A stretch of 64,000 bases of DNA, from contig NC_057719.1 of the NCBI RefSeq assembly GCF_004010195.1, forward strand, positions 81,831,915 through 81,895,914, read 5' to 3'. The stretch comes from Chiloscyllium plagiosum (Eukaryota). The position numbers and the translations under genes are program-made. Shown in pieces: positions 1 to 12,169 of the stretch. Under the pieces are notes generated by a model. That model saw only the letters and a program-made list of their open reading frames with translations. It was not told where the DNA came from and did not search any database. Numbering within the stretch: position 1 is the first letter of the stretch; each line of letters starts with the position of its first letter.

Positions 1-328
1 GTTAGAAAAGCTTCCTGGATACACTGCACAAACACCGCCCCATCCAATTTACTTTATCTAAAGAGCTTCCAATCAATATTTGGGAAGTTGAAATCGCCCA
101 TGACTACTACCCTGTGGCTTCTGCACCTTTCCAAAATCTATTTCCCAATCTGTTTCTCCACATCTCTGCTGCTATTGGGGGGCCTATAGTAAACACCCAA
201 CAAGGTGACTGCACCCTTCCTATTTCTGACTTCAGCCCATACTACCTCCAAAGGCAGATCCCCCTCGAACTGCCTTTCTGCAGCCGTTATACCATTTCTT
301 ATTAGCAATGCCACCCCCCCTCCTTTTT
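1..328 (-). mobile_element. CR1 LINE ORF2 fragment (APE endonuclease), runs off window start
   Basis: Minus-strand translation GGGVALLIRNGITAAE...LLGVYYRPPNS, continuing into VVVMGDFNFPNIDW; matches the APE region of the CR1 copy at 25165-25731. Confidence 0.9.
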
Positions 329-1316
329 TTGTCCACAAATCCAACACTTCTTCTGTCACTCCCACTGAACTAAGAAAGAGGTGATAGGTAACCAGGGATG
401 ACAAAGGATAGCCTGGAACACCTAGGGATCACCTCCTCAGGCCAGAAAGAAAGATACAGAGACGGTACTGATGGCTGGAAAGTGTAACTCTTTCCATTAA
501 CATAAGGTGGGATACCTTGTGCAGACCACTGGAAGTTGCAAGATAAATCCATGTATACCAGTGAATGCAGAGCTGGGGGCCCTGAACAAAAGTGTGACAT
601 ACCATTTTAGTTTTGACTGCAGATGTGAGGCTAAGTACAAACACAACTATATGTGGGGAAGGGGAACAAGATACTTCAGAGTTCAAAGAACTCTTATCAA
701 AAGGAAAGGTAATTCCTGATGCTTCAAATGAAATGCCTATGGTGAGGCATGTATAGAAATGGAAAAGCTAAGCGATCATTTGTCAACATTTGCACAAGTC
801 GGTATTTCTCCAGGGCATGGTGCAGCCAATTAAAACATGCACTCGTGAAGTGCCTAATATTATCATTAGGGATACAAGAGTTACCCAAACTCTTTTGTTG
901 AGGAAATGTCACCAGAGAATGCATTGAATGTCAGGAAATGGATGTGGATGGTATTGATGAGGAACTTTTTATCAAGTCCACTGGGATTGTGATGTAATAT
1001 CTGTGAATGTAACAGTATGTGTCATCCATAGTTTACCTCCAGATGGCGTTGACCTATTCCTAAGAGATTATTTGGCCTGAGTGAAATAGCAACTTCTCTT
1101 AAAATAACAGAAAGCCCAAACAAGGTCAAAGAGGCAGAGCAGTTGGAGAACAAGATTCTAAGACAATTTCCTCAATGTATAGTCAGCCAAAGAAATTCCA
1201 TGGATGTCAGGTTGGCACTTCAGATATTTGGGTCTCCAGAACTTTATTTGGGGATTTGGATAAAGCAAAGGAAATGGTCAGTCAGTCTTTTCTGAAGAGG
1301 ATCTAAAGTTAAGTAA

Positions 1317-1415
1317 TGTAAAACAAAGAACGGTGGATGCTAGAGATCAGAAACACAAACAGATGTTGCTGGAGGAACTCAGCAGGTCTGGCAGCATCTG
1401 TCGGAGGAAAGCAAC
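1317..1415 (-). mobile_element. PLE terminal-tail fragment inside the Gypsy remnant
   Basis: GATGCTAGAGATCAGAAAC...GCTGGAGGAACTCAGCAGGTCTGGCAGCATCTG resembles the PLE tails at 6490-6660 and 12650-12745. Confidence 0.6.
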
Positions 1416-2320
1416 TGTGAAGCAGGGAAGGAGGTAGCCCAATTGGTTCACATGAAATTGAACAGAATGCTAGGACTGACTCTGATAGGAAAGCGAAGAT
1501 CTTGTCACAAACCCATGGACAAAAAATGCACAATATTTCGCCCAGTGGGGGTGCTGCCTAAATCTCATCATGAGATTTTAAGGATAGTGCATGAAATTGC
1601 GATGGTGGGACATGTAGAGATGCGGAAGACCCAAGCATGTATTAGTCAACACTTGTACTTCACAAGGCCAAGAGCCTATTACAATTTACCGTATATGTCT
1701 GATCATGGGAAGATCACAAACAGTAATCAAAACAGCATCTATAATTCCCAAACCAATTTCCAGGGACTCATTTAATAGGGTTTGTGTGGATCTTTACTTG
1801 TGTGAATCTTGTTTAAACAAGGAACAAGAGTAGGCCTTTCTAGTCTGCTCTGACATTCAATAAGCTCATGACTAATTTGATTTTAAACTCAACTCTACAT
1901 TCCTGCATATTTCCAATAACCTTTCATCTTTAACAAAAACAAGAGTAATATATCCATATCATTATGAGGGCCTTTTCAGTAGTCTCCTGAGAACAATTTC
2001 TGCTAATGTAGCAGAAAGCCAATTCTTCACTCAATATGGATGACTGATTGAGATCAAGTTAGATCAAGGTTGGAATTTTGCGAATAACTTTATTTGAGAA
2101 GCAATGACCAGTTTAGGTGTAGCACACAGAAAGTCTTCTGCGTACTAGTTAGAGTTACAGGGGCTTTAGAGTGGTACTATTAAGCTGTCAAAACAGTGAT
2201 CTGGAAATACTGTCATGAATATCTTCATGATTGGGAGTTATTTTATGATTCCCATAATGAGTCAATCAGTTTTAATCTTTTGAATGTATTTATGGGTAAG
2301 ATGACAGAGGTCCCCTGAAG

Positions 2321-4756
2321 AGGAGATAGAAAAGATGTGTAGAAAGGCAAAGTTACAGTGATCATGGGGGATTTCAATATGTAGGTGGACTGGGAAAATC
2401 AGGTTGGTTGTGGATTGCAAGAAAAGGAATGTGTGGAATGTCTATGGGATGGCTTTTTGGAGCAGCTTGTAGTGAAGCCGACTAGGGAACAGACAATACT
2501 GGATTTAGTATTGTGCAATGAGGCAAACTTGACAAGGGAGCTTAAGGTGAAGGAGCCCTTCAGAGGCAGTGATCATAATATTATTGAATTTACTCTGCAA
2601 TTTGAGAGGGAGAAGCTAGAATCAGAGGTAACGGTATTGGAACTGAATAAAGGCAACTATAGAGGCATGAGGGAGGAGCTGGGTAGCATTGACTTGGAGA
2701 AGAGCCTAGCAGGAAAGATAGTGGAACAACAATGGCAGGAGTTTCTGGGAGTAATTCAGGAAATATAGCAGAGATTCATCCCGAGGGAAAAGAAGCATGG
2801 TACAGGGAGGATGAGGCAACCATGGCTGACTAGGGAAGTCAGGGATAACATAAAAGCAAAAGAGAAAGCATACAATCTGGTGAAGGGCAGTGGGAAACCA
2901 GGGGATTGGGAAGCTTACAAAGACCAACAGAGGTCAACAAAAAAAAAGAAATAAGGAGGGAGAAGATTAAATATGAGGGTAATGTAGCCAGTAATATTAA
3001 GGAAGACTGAAAGAGTTTTTTCTTCAATATACAAAGGGCAAAAGTGAACATTGAGCCACTGGAAAATGACACTGGAGAGATAGTGGGGAACAAGGAAATG
3101 GCTGAGGAACTGAATAATTAGTTGGCATCAGTCTTCACTGTGGAAGACACAAGTAATATCCCAAAAACTGCAAGAGAGTGAGGGGACAGAGCTGAGAAGG
3201 TGCTAGAAAACCTGAATGGCTTGTAAGTGGATAAGTCACCTGGACCAGATGGACTACATCCCAGAGTGAGATAACTGAAGAGGTAGTGGAGGCATTAGTA
3301 GTGATATTTCAGGAATCGCTAGAACCAGGGAGGGTCTCAGTGGACTAGCAAATCATTAACATGATGCCCTTGTTTTAAAAGGGAGGAAGGCAAATGACAG
3401 AAAATTACAGACCGATTAGCCTAACCTCGGTCTTGCGTAAAATCCTGGAATCCATTGTGAAGGATCCATTGTGAGATTTCTGAATACTTAAGTGTATAGC
3501 AAAATAGAGCAAGTTCAGCATGGTTTCATCAAGGGGAGGTCATGCCTGACAAATCTGCTAGAATTCTTTGAGGAAGTAACAAGCAGGTTAGACCAAGGAC
3601 AGTCAATGGATATTATCTCCCTGCACTTCAAGAAGACCTTTGACAAGGTGCTGCACAGGAGCTACTGAGTAAGACAAGGGCACATGGTGTTAGAGGCAAG
3701 GTTGTAGCATAGATAGAAGCTTAGTTGTCTGGCAGAAAGCAGAGAGTGGGGATAAAAGGGTCCTTCTCAGGACAGCAGCTGGTGACAAGTGGTGTTCCAC
3801 AAGGGTTAGTGTTGGGAGCACAACGTTTCATTTTATACATTAATGATCTAGATGAAGGAACTGAAGACATTCTGGTTAAGTTTGCTGACAGTACAAAGAT
3901 AAGGAGAGGGACAGGTAGCATTGAGGAGGTGGGGAGGCTGCAGAAGATTTTGGACAGGTTTGGAGAGTGGGCAAAGAAGTGGCAGATGGATTACAACATG
4001 GGAAAATGTGATATGATGCACTTTGGTAGGAAGAATAGAGGCATGAGCTATTTTCTAAATGGGGAGAGAATTCAAAAGTCTGAAGTGCAAAGAGTCCTAG
4101 TCCAGGATTCTCTCAAGATAAACTTGCAGGTTAAGTCAGTAGTTAGGAAGGTAAATGCAAGAATGACATTTATTTTAAGAATACTTGAATATAAAAGCAG
4201 AGATGTACTTCTGAGACTCTATAAGGCTCTGGTCAGACCACATTTGGAGTATTGTGTGCAACTTTGGGTCCCATGTTTCAGGAAGAATGAACTGGCCCTG
4301 GAGATTATTTAGAGGAGGTTTATGAGAATGATCCCAGGGATAAAATGAGGAACATTTGAGGACTCTGGATCTGTACTTGATGGAATTTAGAAGGATGAGG
4401 GAGCATCTAACCAAAACATACAGAATACTGAATGGCCTGGAGAGAGTAGATGTTGGGAAGGCATTTTCATTGGTAGTACCCGAGGGCACAGCCTTAGAGT
4501 AAAGGAAGACCTTTTAGAATGGAGATAAGGAGAAGCGTTTTCAGCCAGAGAGTGGTGAATCTATGGAATTCATTGCCACAAAAGGCTGTGGAGGCCAGAT
4601 CACTGAGTATATTTAAGACATAGATAGATGGATTCTTGAGTATCAAGGGGATCAAGGGTTACAGGGAGAAAGCAGGACAATGATGTTGAGAAATATATCA
4701 GCCATGATTGAATGGTGGACTGAATGACCTAGTTTCTGCTCCTATTTCTTATGGTC
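2321..4756 (+). mobile_element. 5'-truncated CR1 LINE (APE end, RT, 3' UTR), pseudogenised
   Basis: MGDFN; LDLVL..GSDHNII; NYRPISLTS; SGVPQGLVLG..YINDLD..KFADSTK; LYKALVRPHLEYCVQLW; 3' end CTGCTCCTATTTCTTATGGTC; many stops and frameshifts. Confidence 0.92.
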
Positions 4757-5009
4757 AACCAGAGAGACAAAATGTCCATCTTAGATTATATCTATGTTCT
4801 GAAAGCGGCTCACAAGATCCAACAAAGTGGCTCAGAGAGATCTTGGAGCAGCATAAATAGCCAGCATTGCCAAGATTCAGACATTTCCCCCAGAGGATAG
4901 TGTGATAATCTTAATACCTTTTACAGGGGAACCACTGACCAATGCTCACTGCTCCATACTGGGTCATCAAAAGGATTGGGAAAGTGAATTATTCAATTGA
5001 CATTCATTC

Positions 5010-5108
5010 AGCAGTCCTGAAGAAGAGTTACACCAGAAACATTGACTTCTTCACCTCCTGATGCTGCCTGGCTTGCTGTGTTCTTTCAGCTTCAAGCTTG
5101 TCTATCTT
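5010..5108 (+). mobile_element. PLE terminal fragment with degenerate HHR-like motif
   Basis: CTGAAGAAGAGTTACACCAGAAACATTGAC followed by the GATGCTGCCTGGCTTGCTG tail; same subfamily as 12240-12355. Confidence 0.55.
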
Positions 5109-5913
5109 AAACATTACAGTCAGCTGATGTGCTCATAATCTTTCTGAAAGTAAATTTTCCAAAGTGTTGATAGTCTACTTTGTGCATCTGGTAGATCAAC
5201 AACAAGAACAGCAACAGTACAAATATTAGTGGAGGTCGCTGCCTCTATAACTAAACAAGAAACTGTAAGGTTTTGGAGATGTATACTTTCCACCGCAGGC
5301 TTGTTCCAAACTTCAGCACCAGAGCTGTTCCACTCATAGACATGCTGCAAAAGAAATCCAAAGTAATGAGGTCAAGGGAACGCCAAGAATCTTTTGAGAG
5401 GCCGAATGTAATTTTTATCAATGAACCAGTGCTAGCAGCCCCAAATTTCACTTAGCCCTTCAAGGCAGCAAATGATATGGGTGACCTGGTATTGTCCTGT
5501 TACAGGAAGGTGGATCAGACATAGAGAAGGCAAAAGGTTATACTTTTCCAAAGAGGCATATCAACACCAAAAGAGATACACTATGGTAGGGTCAAAACAA
5601 CCTGATGTTGCTACTGGCTCTTCAACATTTTGTAGTGTATGTTCACCATGGTTATGGGAAACAATAGTATATATTGTTGGTGATCTCTTGGCCTTTATGG
5701 AAAATTTCCAAATGACAGACTATTTCTATGGAGTTTACTATTATGGCCTTATCACTTCAAAGTTGCACATGTTGCAGCGGGATAAACAACATAATTGCTA
5801 ATGGTTCATGCAGAGCTGAAATTTGTGTCCATGTCCCATGGAAGCCTTTGGTGAGAAGCTATGCACAGTCTCTTAGTTATGCTGAAAGGCTAGTGACCTA
5901 ATGATATGTGTAT

Positions 5914-6128
5914 GAGCTGAAAATGTGTTGCTGGAAAAGCGCAGCAGGTCAGGCAGCATCCAAGGAACAGGAGAATCGACGTTTCGGGCATAAGCCCTTC
6001 TTCAGGAAGAAGGGTTTATGCCCGAAACGTCGATTCTCCTGTTCCTTGGATGCTGCCTGACCTACTGCGCTTTTCCAGCAACACATTTTCAGCTCTGATC
6101 TCCAGCATCTGCAGCTCTCACTTTCTCT
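5914..6128. mobile_element. Palindromic PLE mini-insertion (family B HHR plus tail), 15-bp TSD
   Basis: ~90-bp near-perfect inverted arms 5914-6095; TSD TAATGATATGTGTAT at 5899-5913 and 6129-6143. Confidence 0.9.
5976..6007 (-). ncRNA. Minimal type I hammerhead ribozyme motif (family B)
   Basis: Minus strand TC-CTGAAGA-A-GGGC-TTAT-GCCC-GAAA-CGTC-GA: CUGANGA and GAAA cores, 4-bp stem II, ACGU minimal stem III, GUC triplet. Confidence 0.75.
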
Positions 6129-6338
6129 TAATGATATGTGTATTCCTCAATGTAGCAACTCCTTTTATGTTTTAAGTATGAACTCTGGCAGATATGTGAG
6201 AGGTATTGCCACTGTGGTAGCTGATATGAAGTGGCAGACAATGATGACTCATGATGCATCTGATGGAGATGCCTGGCAGCCAATGTTGTGGCAAGCATAC
6301 AACGTTAACTCACAGTCATAGGTGTATGCTGCATTAAG

Positions 6339-6835
6339 CAGACCGTGACCCAATGGTACTGTCCTTGGGCTAGTAATATAGAACCCCAGGCCTAAGTTCT
6401 AGAGGCATGGGTTCAAATCTCACCATAGCTGTGTTAAAAGTTAAATTCAATAAAGTCTGGAACTAGAGCACTGACTTAATATCAATTGCTGTGAAAATCA
6501 GAAGTTGTTTGGAAAGCTTAGCAAGTCTGGCAGTATCTGTGGAGAGAAATCAGAGTTAGCATTTTGGGTCGAGTGACCCTATCTCAGAACTCATCCGTCT
6601 CCACAGATGCTACCAGACCTGCTGAGCTTTTCCAGCAAATTCTGTTTTTGTTTCTGGTTGTAAAAACCCATCTGGTTCACTAATCGCCTTTAGGGAAGGA
6701 AATCTACCATCCTTACCTGGTCTGGTCTACATGTTAGTACAGATTCCTGGAAATATGATTACTTCCTAACTGTCCTCTGGGCAATAAATGCCGTTCTAGC
6801 CGATGATAGCTACATCCTGTGAATTAACAGAAAGC
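6339..6835 (+). mobile_element. Old tRNA-derived SINE (family 2) containing an inverted PLE-tail insertion at ~6490-6660
   Basis: B-box-like GGTTCAAATCT; body CATCTGGTTCACTAAT..GAAATCTACCATCCTTACCTGGTCTGG shared with 13110-13560 and 42160-42485. Confidence 0.7.
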
Positions 6836-7049
6836 AAAGACATTTTGTATATACCCTGGCAGAGCATAGCAGATCATTCATCTGCTTGCAGCACTGCTCA
6901 TACAGCCTCTTAACAGTATCTTAACAGCCTCTTCTGTCTGGGTTTGCCTTCATCCATCAGAATGATGTCTTGCTGCCAAGCAATGGAAAAATACCTTCCC
7001 TTCCCAACTTGGCAGCCTATGCCTCCTCTGTGCCCATTTTCTGAGCATC

Positions 7050-7860
7050 CTCAAATTGCTATTCTATTGTTGCCATGTAGATATGAACTTTTTCCGTATC
7101 GGAGGAGCTGAGGATGGTGCAGAATATTGTACAATCTTTGGCAAACATCTCCCATTCTGACTTTATGATGGAAGGAAGATCATTGATGAAGCAACTGAAA
7201 TGGTTGGGCCTATGACACCACTGTGAGGAACTCCTGCTGAGATATCCTGGAGCTGAGATGACTGACCTCCAATAACCACAACCATCTTCCTATGTGCCAG
7301 GTATGAGTCCAACCAGTGGAGAGTTTTCCCCAGATTCCTATTGACTCCAGTTTTGCTAGGGCTCCTCAGTTCCAGATTTCATATCCATGTTTTGTTCATG
7401 TTTGGACCAAAGCTATAATGAGGTCAGGTGTCAAGTGGCCTGGTCAGAACCCAAACTGAGTGACTGTGTGCAGGTCACTGCTGAGCAAGTGACAGTGATG
7501 ACAACCCTTTCCTGTCAGTTAACTGATCATTGAGATTAGATTGATGGGTGGTAATTTCCAATTGGATTTGTCTAGCTTTTTTGTGTACAGACATACCTGG
7601 ACAATTTTATACATTGGTAGATAACGAAAAGTGTGTGCTGAGAAAGCACAGCAGGTCAGGTAGTATTTGAGGAGTAGGAGAATCCACATTTCAGGCTTAT
7701 GCCCGAAAAGTTGATTCTCCTGCTCCTCGGATGCTGCCTGACCTACTGTGCTTTTTCAGTGCCACATTTTTCGACTCTGATCTTCAGCATCTGCAGTCCT
7801 CACTTTCTCATTCATTGGTAGATGCCATTGTTCGGATTGTAGTGGAACAGCTTGTGGAAG
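7050..7860 (-). mobile_element. Old CR1-superfamily LINE RT fragments (second lineage)
   Basis: Minus-strand AGVP..GPT..CFINDLPSIIKSE..MFAKDCTIF-like motifs; same lineage as 55160-57400. Confidence 0.7.
7623..7812. mobile_element. Palindromic PLE mini-insertion (family B), 11-bp TSD
   Basis: Inverted arms centred on TTTCAGGC-TTAT-GCCCGAAA; TSD CATTGGTAGAT at 7612-7622 and 7813-7823. Confidence 0.85.
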
Positions 7861-8451
7861 TTAACAGATGAAGTTTTATTTCATCCTTATACTTGCACAA
7901 TACAACTGTTCACATTTATTAAAATAATTATGAAACCAATTCCAGATGAGCTTTCAGGTCCAAACACAACAGGGATCCTCAAAAACTTTTTTTACGTTAC
8001 ACAGTAATGGTAAGCAGATGGACAGCCTGAAATAGTGGGGATCATCTAAAACTATATAAAAATGATTACTCCTACTGGGACATATACACATCTGTGCCTT
8101 CTAAACAGTCCATTGCTTCAGCAAGCCTAGATATAGAGAATGGAAAACTCTGATTCCTGTTAACTGGTTTGCCCTTGCCTGGACTCTTGATTCACATTTC
8201 TCCTGGAATGTGATCTCTAGATTGCTTCCCTATGGATTGTATACATTTTGATCCCTGTCCATTATGTTGGATCTTATAGATGCAGCCATGTTCAGTAATC
8301 CAAGAGTTTAGGCCCTATAAATTCTGTAACCAAAGCTCTCTCCACTCCCTCAGGATCCATGAGTTTTGACCCTCAAGTTTGCTGTCCTCTCCCTCAGCAA
8401 GCCATCAATTTAGACTCTCTAAATTTTGCTGCGATCCTTCATCGTCCATTA

Positions 8452-8885
8452 GTGTCATAGCAACATACAGCATGGAAACAGACTCTTCCATCCAACTCGT
8501 CCATGCCAATCAAGTTCCCCAAACTAAATTATTTCCATTTGCCTGCATTTGGCCCATATTCCTCTAAACCTTTCTTATTCATGTAACTATCCAAATGTCT
8601 GTTAAAAGTTGTGACTGTGCCTGCATTCATCACTTCCTCTAGCAGTTCATTCCACATATGAACCACCTTCTTTATGAAAAAGTTGCCCCTCAGGTCCTTT
8701 TTAAACCTTTCCCCTCTCACCCTAAAATTATGCCCTCTCGTTTTGAACTTCCCAAGACTAGGGAAAAGATCTTCACTATTAACTTCATCTGTGCCCCTCC
8801 TGATTTTATAAACCTCTATAAGGTCACCCTCAATCTATGATGCTCCAGTGAAAATAGTCCCAGCTTATTCAGCTTCTCCTATTTG
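8452..8885 (-). mobile_element. CR1 3' end fragment
   Basis: Minus-strand RGERFKKDLRGNFF..VVHMWNEL.EEV..TFNRHLD plus CR1 3' UTR. Confidence 0.85.
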
Positions 8886-9420
8886 AATAAGAGCAAGGCA
8901 ATTCTCGCCCCTGTTCTGCCCACTATTAATTCCTCAGGCAGTACCAATAGTCAGTTTATTCAGTCATCTTCACATTGTTGTTTGTGGGAACTGTCCAAAT
9001 TCACTGCTGGGTTGCTAACATTACAACAGTGACTACATTTCTGCAGTACTTGATGAATTGTGAAATACTCAGGGACATCTTGAAGTCATGAATGGCATTA
9101 TATAAGTCCCAATCCTTTCCTCCATATGTGTTCTTTCTTTAAAACTGTTAGAATGAATTTGTATAATATTAATGTCCTACAAATGATCTTGTTCTGCTAA
9201 CTAAACCATTGTTCCTTCATTAATTCTGTCTCTCACAAACCCAATCAACCCTGAAAACTATGATCCATACCAGGGTGTCTTAACATTTTAACTTCTAACT
9301 CTTGCTTCTATGTTATAAAAATTGCCACAAAGACATGTAAAACATTTCTCTACAAAATGTTCCTGTACAATTAGACATTTTTATTTCCTTATATTTTTGC
9401 TTACAATTATAAATATGAGT

Positions 9421-10327
9421 TGTGTAAGATTGTTTTGTCAAAGGATGCCTCTTTCAGATAAAATGGAGGAATGAAGGAGCTTATGTGACCTGCTGTGAAT
9501 TCTGTTAGCAACAAGTTGCTTTGTGTTAAAGGAGGGACTCATTTTGTTTTACCAAGAAGGGGATACATTCCTGCATGCAATGACCTAAACAGCTATGCTG
9601 GCAATGAATAGACTGTTAGTCTCAAAATTCCAGAGAAGAGTTAGAATTCTGTAAACTGCTATACTTGAAGCTATTTAATCCCATAATGGTATAAATTTGA
9701 ACGTTTACACAATACTGCAATAGCATTTCTATCTGGATACCACACCCCATCTGATTCACATTGTCATGAAACAGGACTTGACAGCAGAAGAATCCAGAGG
9801 AAGGCATTGTTTTGGTTTGTAGATTTTCCTGAATAACTATGTCTCACAGACATGGAAAGTATTCAAGAATCTGAGAGAACAGAAAGATAGCAGTCACAGT
9901 TCTCTACAGTTCACCACGTAAGGACGCCAGTGTGAGCTAATGCTGTCATTAAAGAGGGTTTTAATGAAGCTGAAAGATTTACCTAATGTTTGCTAGAAAG
10001 AAGGATCTCCAATTCATCTGTCGCTTTATGGATTAAACACTACCCAGATGGAACAGTGGATGACAATCTGGGAAGAGCTTTAGATTAGAGTGTCTCCTTA
10101 CATGATAGAACAACATATGACTGTGAAGGGACATTTTTGTTTGTTTTAAATATTAAATGAGATATCTTTTATAATTTCAGTTGGTTGAAATACTGAAATA
10201 GTGCTTAGTCAATGTTGCTTTTCATTTCTTTCTTACATTAAGAGCCTTAAAGCTTGAAACATGTGTAATCCTTTCAGTCAGTCACTGGAGGGTTTTTTTG
10301 TAATTGAACTCTTTGGGGATTGTAACA
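9421..10327 (+). mobile_element. Probable old solo LTR (start uncertain)
   Basis: Ends GGGATTGTAACA like the LTR ending at 53072; no TSD found. Confidence 0.35.
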
Positions 10328-11894
10328 TTCCTTATTGTATTGAAACCAAATTGGATCAATCCTTTCAATGTTGGAAATGTATTTTCAGCTTGATTGAATC
10401 TTCTGAATCAGGCAACACACCAGAAAATGGCTGTGACTGAGCCTGAAATTTGGTCCTTCACCATAATTCCTCAATTTCAAATAATAGTGCCAACCTATTG
10501 GGTCAGGTATTGGGAGGGAAAGATGTCCCATTAGAACATGATGAACCATGACCAATCAACAGTGTTCTCTCAACAGTTTGCAGAGAGGGAAGGGTGACCA
10601 ATATTATGGGAGTGAGAGGTGAAGGAAAGCTCAGAGCAGGTCAACCCACGCTGTGTGGCTCAGATTCAAGCAGTGCATTGTGAGAGGAGCCTGGGCTACA
10701 GTGGGTCACTGTTGTGGGGAAGAGAATGAATACTTTATAATCGGTACAAGGAAAATGGTGCCTCTCCTTCCCTCCCCTACACCACTCCTCACTGTGAATC
10801 ATTTGAAACTATCTAGTAGACCTTTGTCTGGGGAAAGGTGAGGGTGTGCATAGCCCTTCAGTCGAGATCTCCTGGTATTGAATCCCACATGCTGTGGCTG
10901 AGCTTGGTTTCCTCTTAGCAAATTTACTAATGCAGTGAATTTATGACAGAGCGGGTTGTGAAGGGCAACATTTGGTTTTCAGCAACAACGAAAATGCGCT
11001 GTTTACTCTCACATTGAAGAAATAAAAAGCAAAAGTAATTGTAAAAACATGCTCAATCATGCTGCTAAATTTTATGAAAGAGATATATTTAGGTTCTCCT
11101 GCTGTGGGTCTGTGGTATTTTGCAGCATGGAGTGGGTGGACGTTGTGGGGGTCGGGGTGTGGAATGAGCCTGGTTTTATGGAAGTCAACCCTCCCTGCTA
11201 AAGTTATACTATCCACTCCTTATTGCAAACCAATATCCAACAACGTTGTTGATTCAGCCACAGAGATTGCAAAAAAAAAACAAGGTTTTTCAAAAAGAAA
11301 GTTTCCAATCAACCTTAATTAAGATTTTTTTTAAAAATCAGCAGAGTGGGAACGCAATGCCTGGAATTATTGAATTATTTAAATAGTATGATTGGAGAAT
11401 AGATCCATAGTTAAAAGAGTAAGAGCAATCTCTGAAAATACAGCCACGGAATTGGGGGTATTAAGCACATGTGTTTAATGTCAGGATTCATTGCTCGGGC
11501 AAATGGGAATTACAGAAATTAAATCATTTATGTTATAGAGGAATTGACGGACAGCAATGATGGACGTCACACTGAGGAGATCCACAGAAAATTTAAATGA
11601 GGCAACATATCTGTCAACCTGATTCCTTCCAGTGTCACGTCAGTCTCTTTTATTAATAATAATAAAGGTCAGTGCTGAAAATATGCTGAGTGTCCCTGGA
11701 GATTCTTGAGTGCACTAGACGCATTTCTGCTGTTTGTTGATTCCCTTTAGCGTCACACTGCTGCCGTCAGCATTTGCAAGATGTTGTCTCTTCAGGTATA
11801 TCCAACTCTAAGGAAAAAGTTGAGTTTTACCCAAAGTACACATTGTTCAGCTGCAGGACAATGTCATACCAATTAGACAGATTAAGTACAGAAA

Positions 11895-12156
11895 TCATTT
11901 GGAGATGCTGGTGTTGGACTGGAGTGTACAAAGTTAAAAATCACACAACACCAGGTTATAGTCCAACAGGTTTAATTGGAAGCACTAGCTTTCGGAGCAC
12001 TGCTCCTTCATCAAGTGGTTGTGGAGTACACAATTGTACTCCAAAACTGTATCTTACAATTGTGTACTCCACAACCACCAGATGAAGGAGCAGCGCTCCA
12101 AAAGCTGGTGCTTCCAGTTAAACCTGTTGGACTATAACCTGGTGTTGTGTGATGCG
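11895..12156. mobile_element. Palindromic PLE mini-insertion (family A pLTR end), 12-bp TSD; both HHR cores mutated
   Basis: Inverted arms match 18570-18697; TSD TAAGTACAGAAA at 11883-11894 and 12157-12168; HHR-like motifs at 11983-12017 (-) and 12076-12110 (+). Confidence 0.9.
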
Positions 12157-12169
12157 TAAGTACAGAAAG

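Larger units (their letters stand above)
340..5820 (+). mobile_element. Highly decayed Ty3/Gypsy internal region with Gmr1-like order PR-IN-RT-RH, split by a CR1 insertion
   Basis: Protease-like IIRDTRVTQTLL (~860-900); integrase Zn finger HEIAMVGHVEMRKTQ (~1590-1640); integrase core DQGWNF and RGPL (~2020-2320); integrase C-terminus PYWVIKRIGKVNY (~4955-5000); RT thumb/RNase H RRLVPNFS..PL..EPVLAAPNFT (5273-5455); colinear with the element at 48465-52130. Confidence 0.8.

Noticed and set aside
5914..6128. Palindromes as miRNA precursors, DNA-transposon MITEs or terminators
   Set aside because: The arms match PLE termini joined to GIY-YIG ORFs, the arm ends are asymmetric, and TSD lengths vary from 11 to 17 bp
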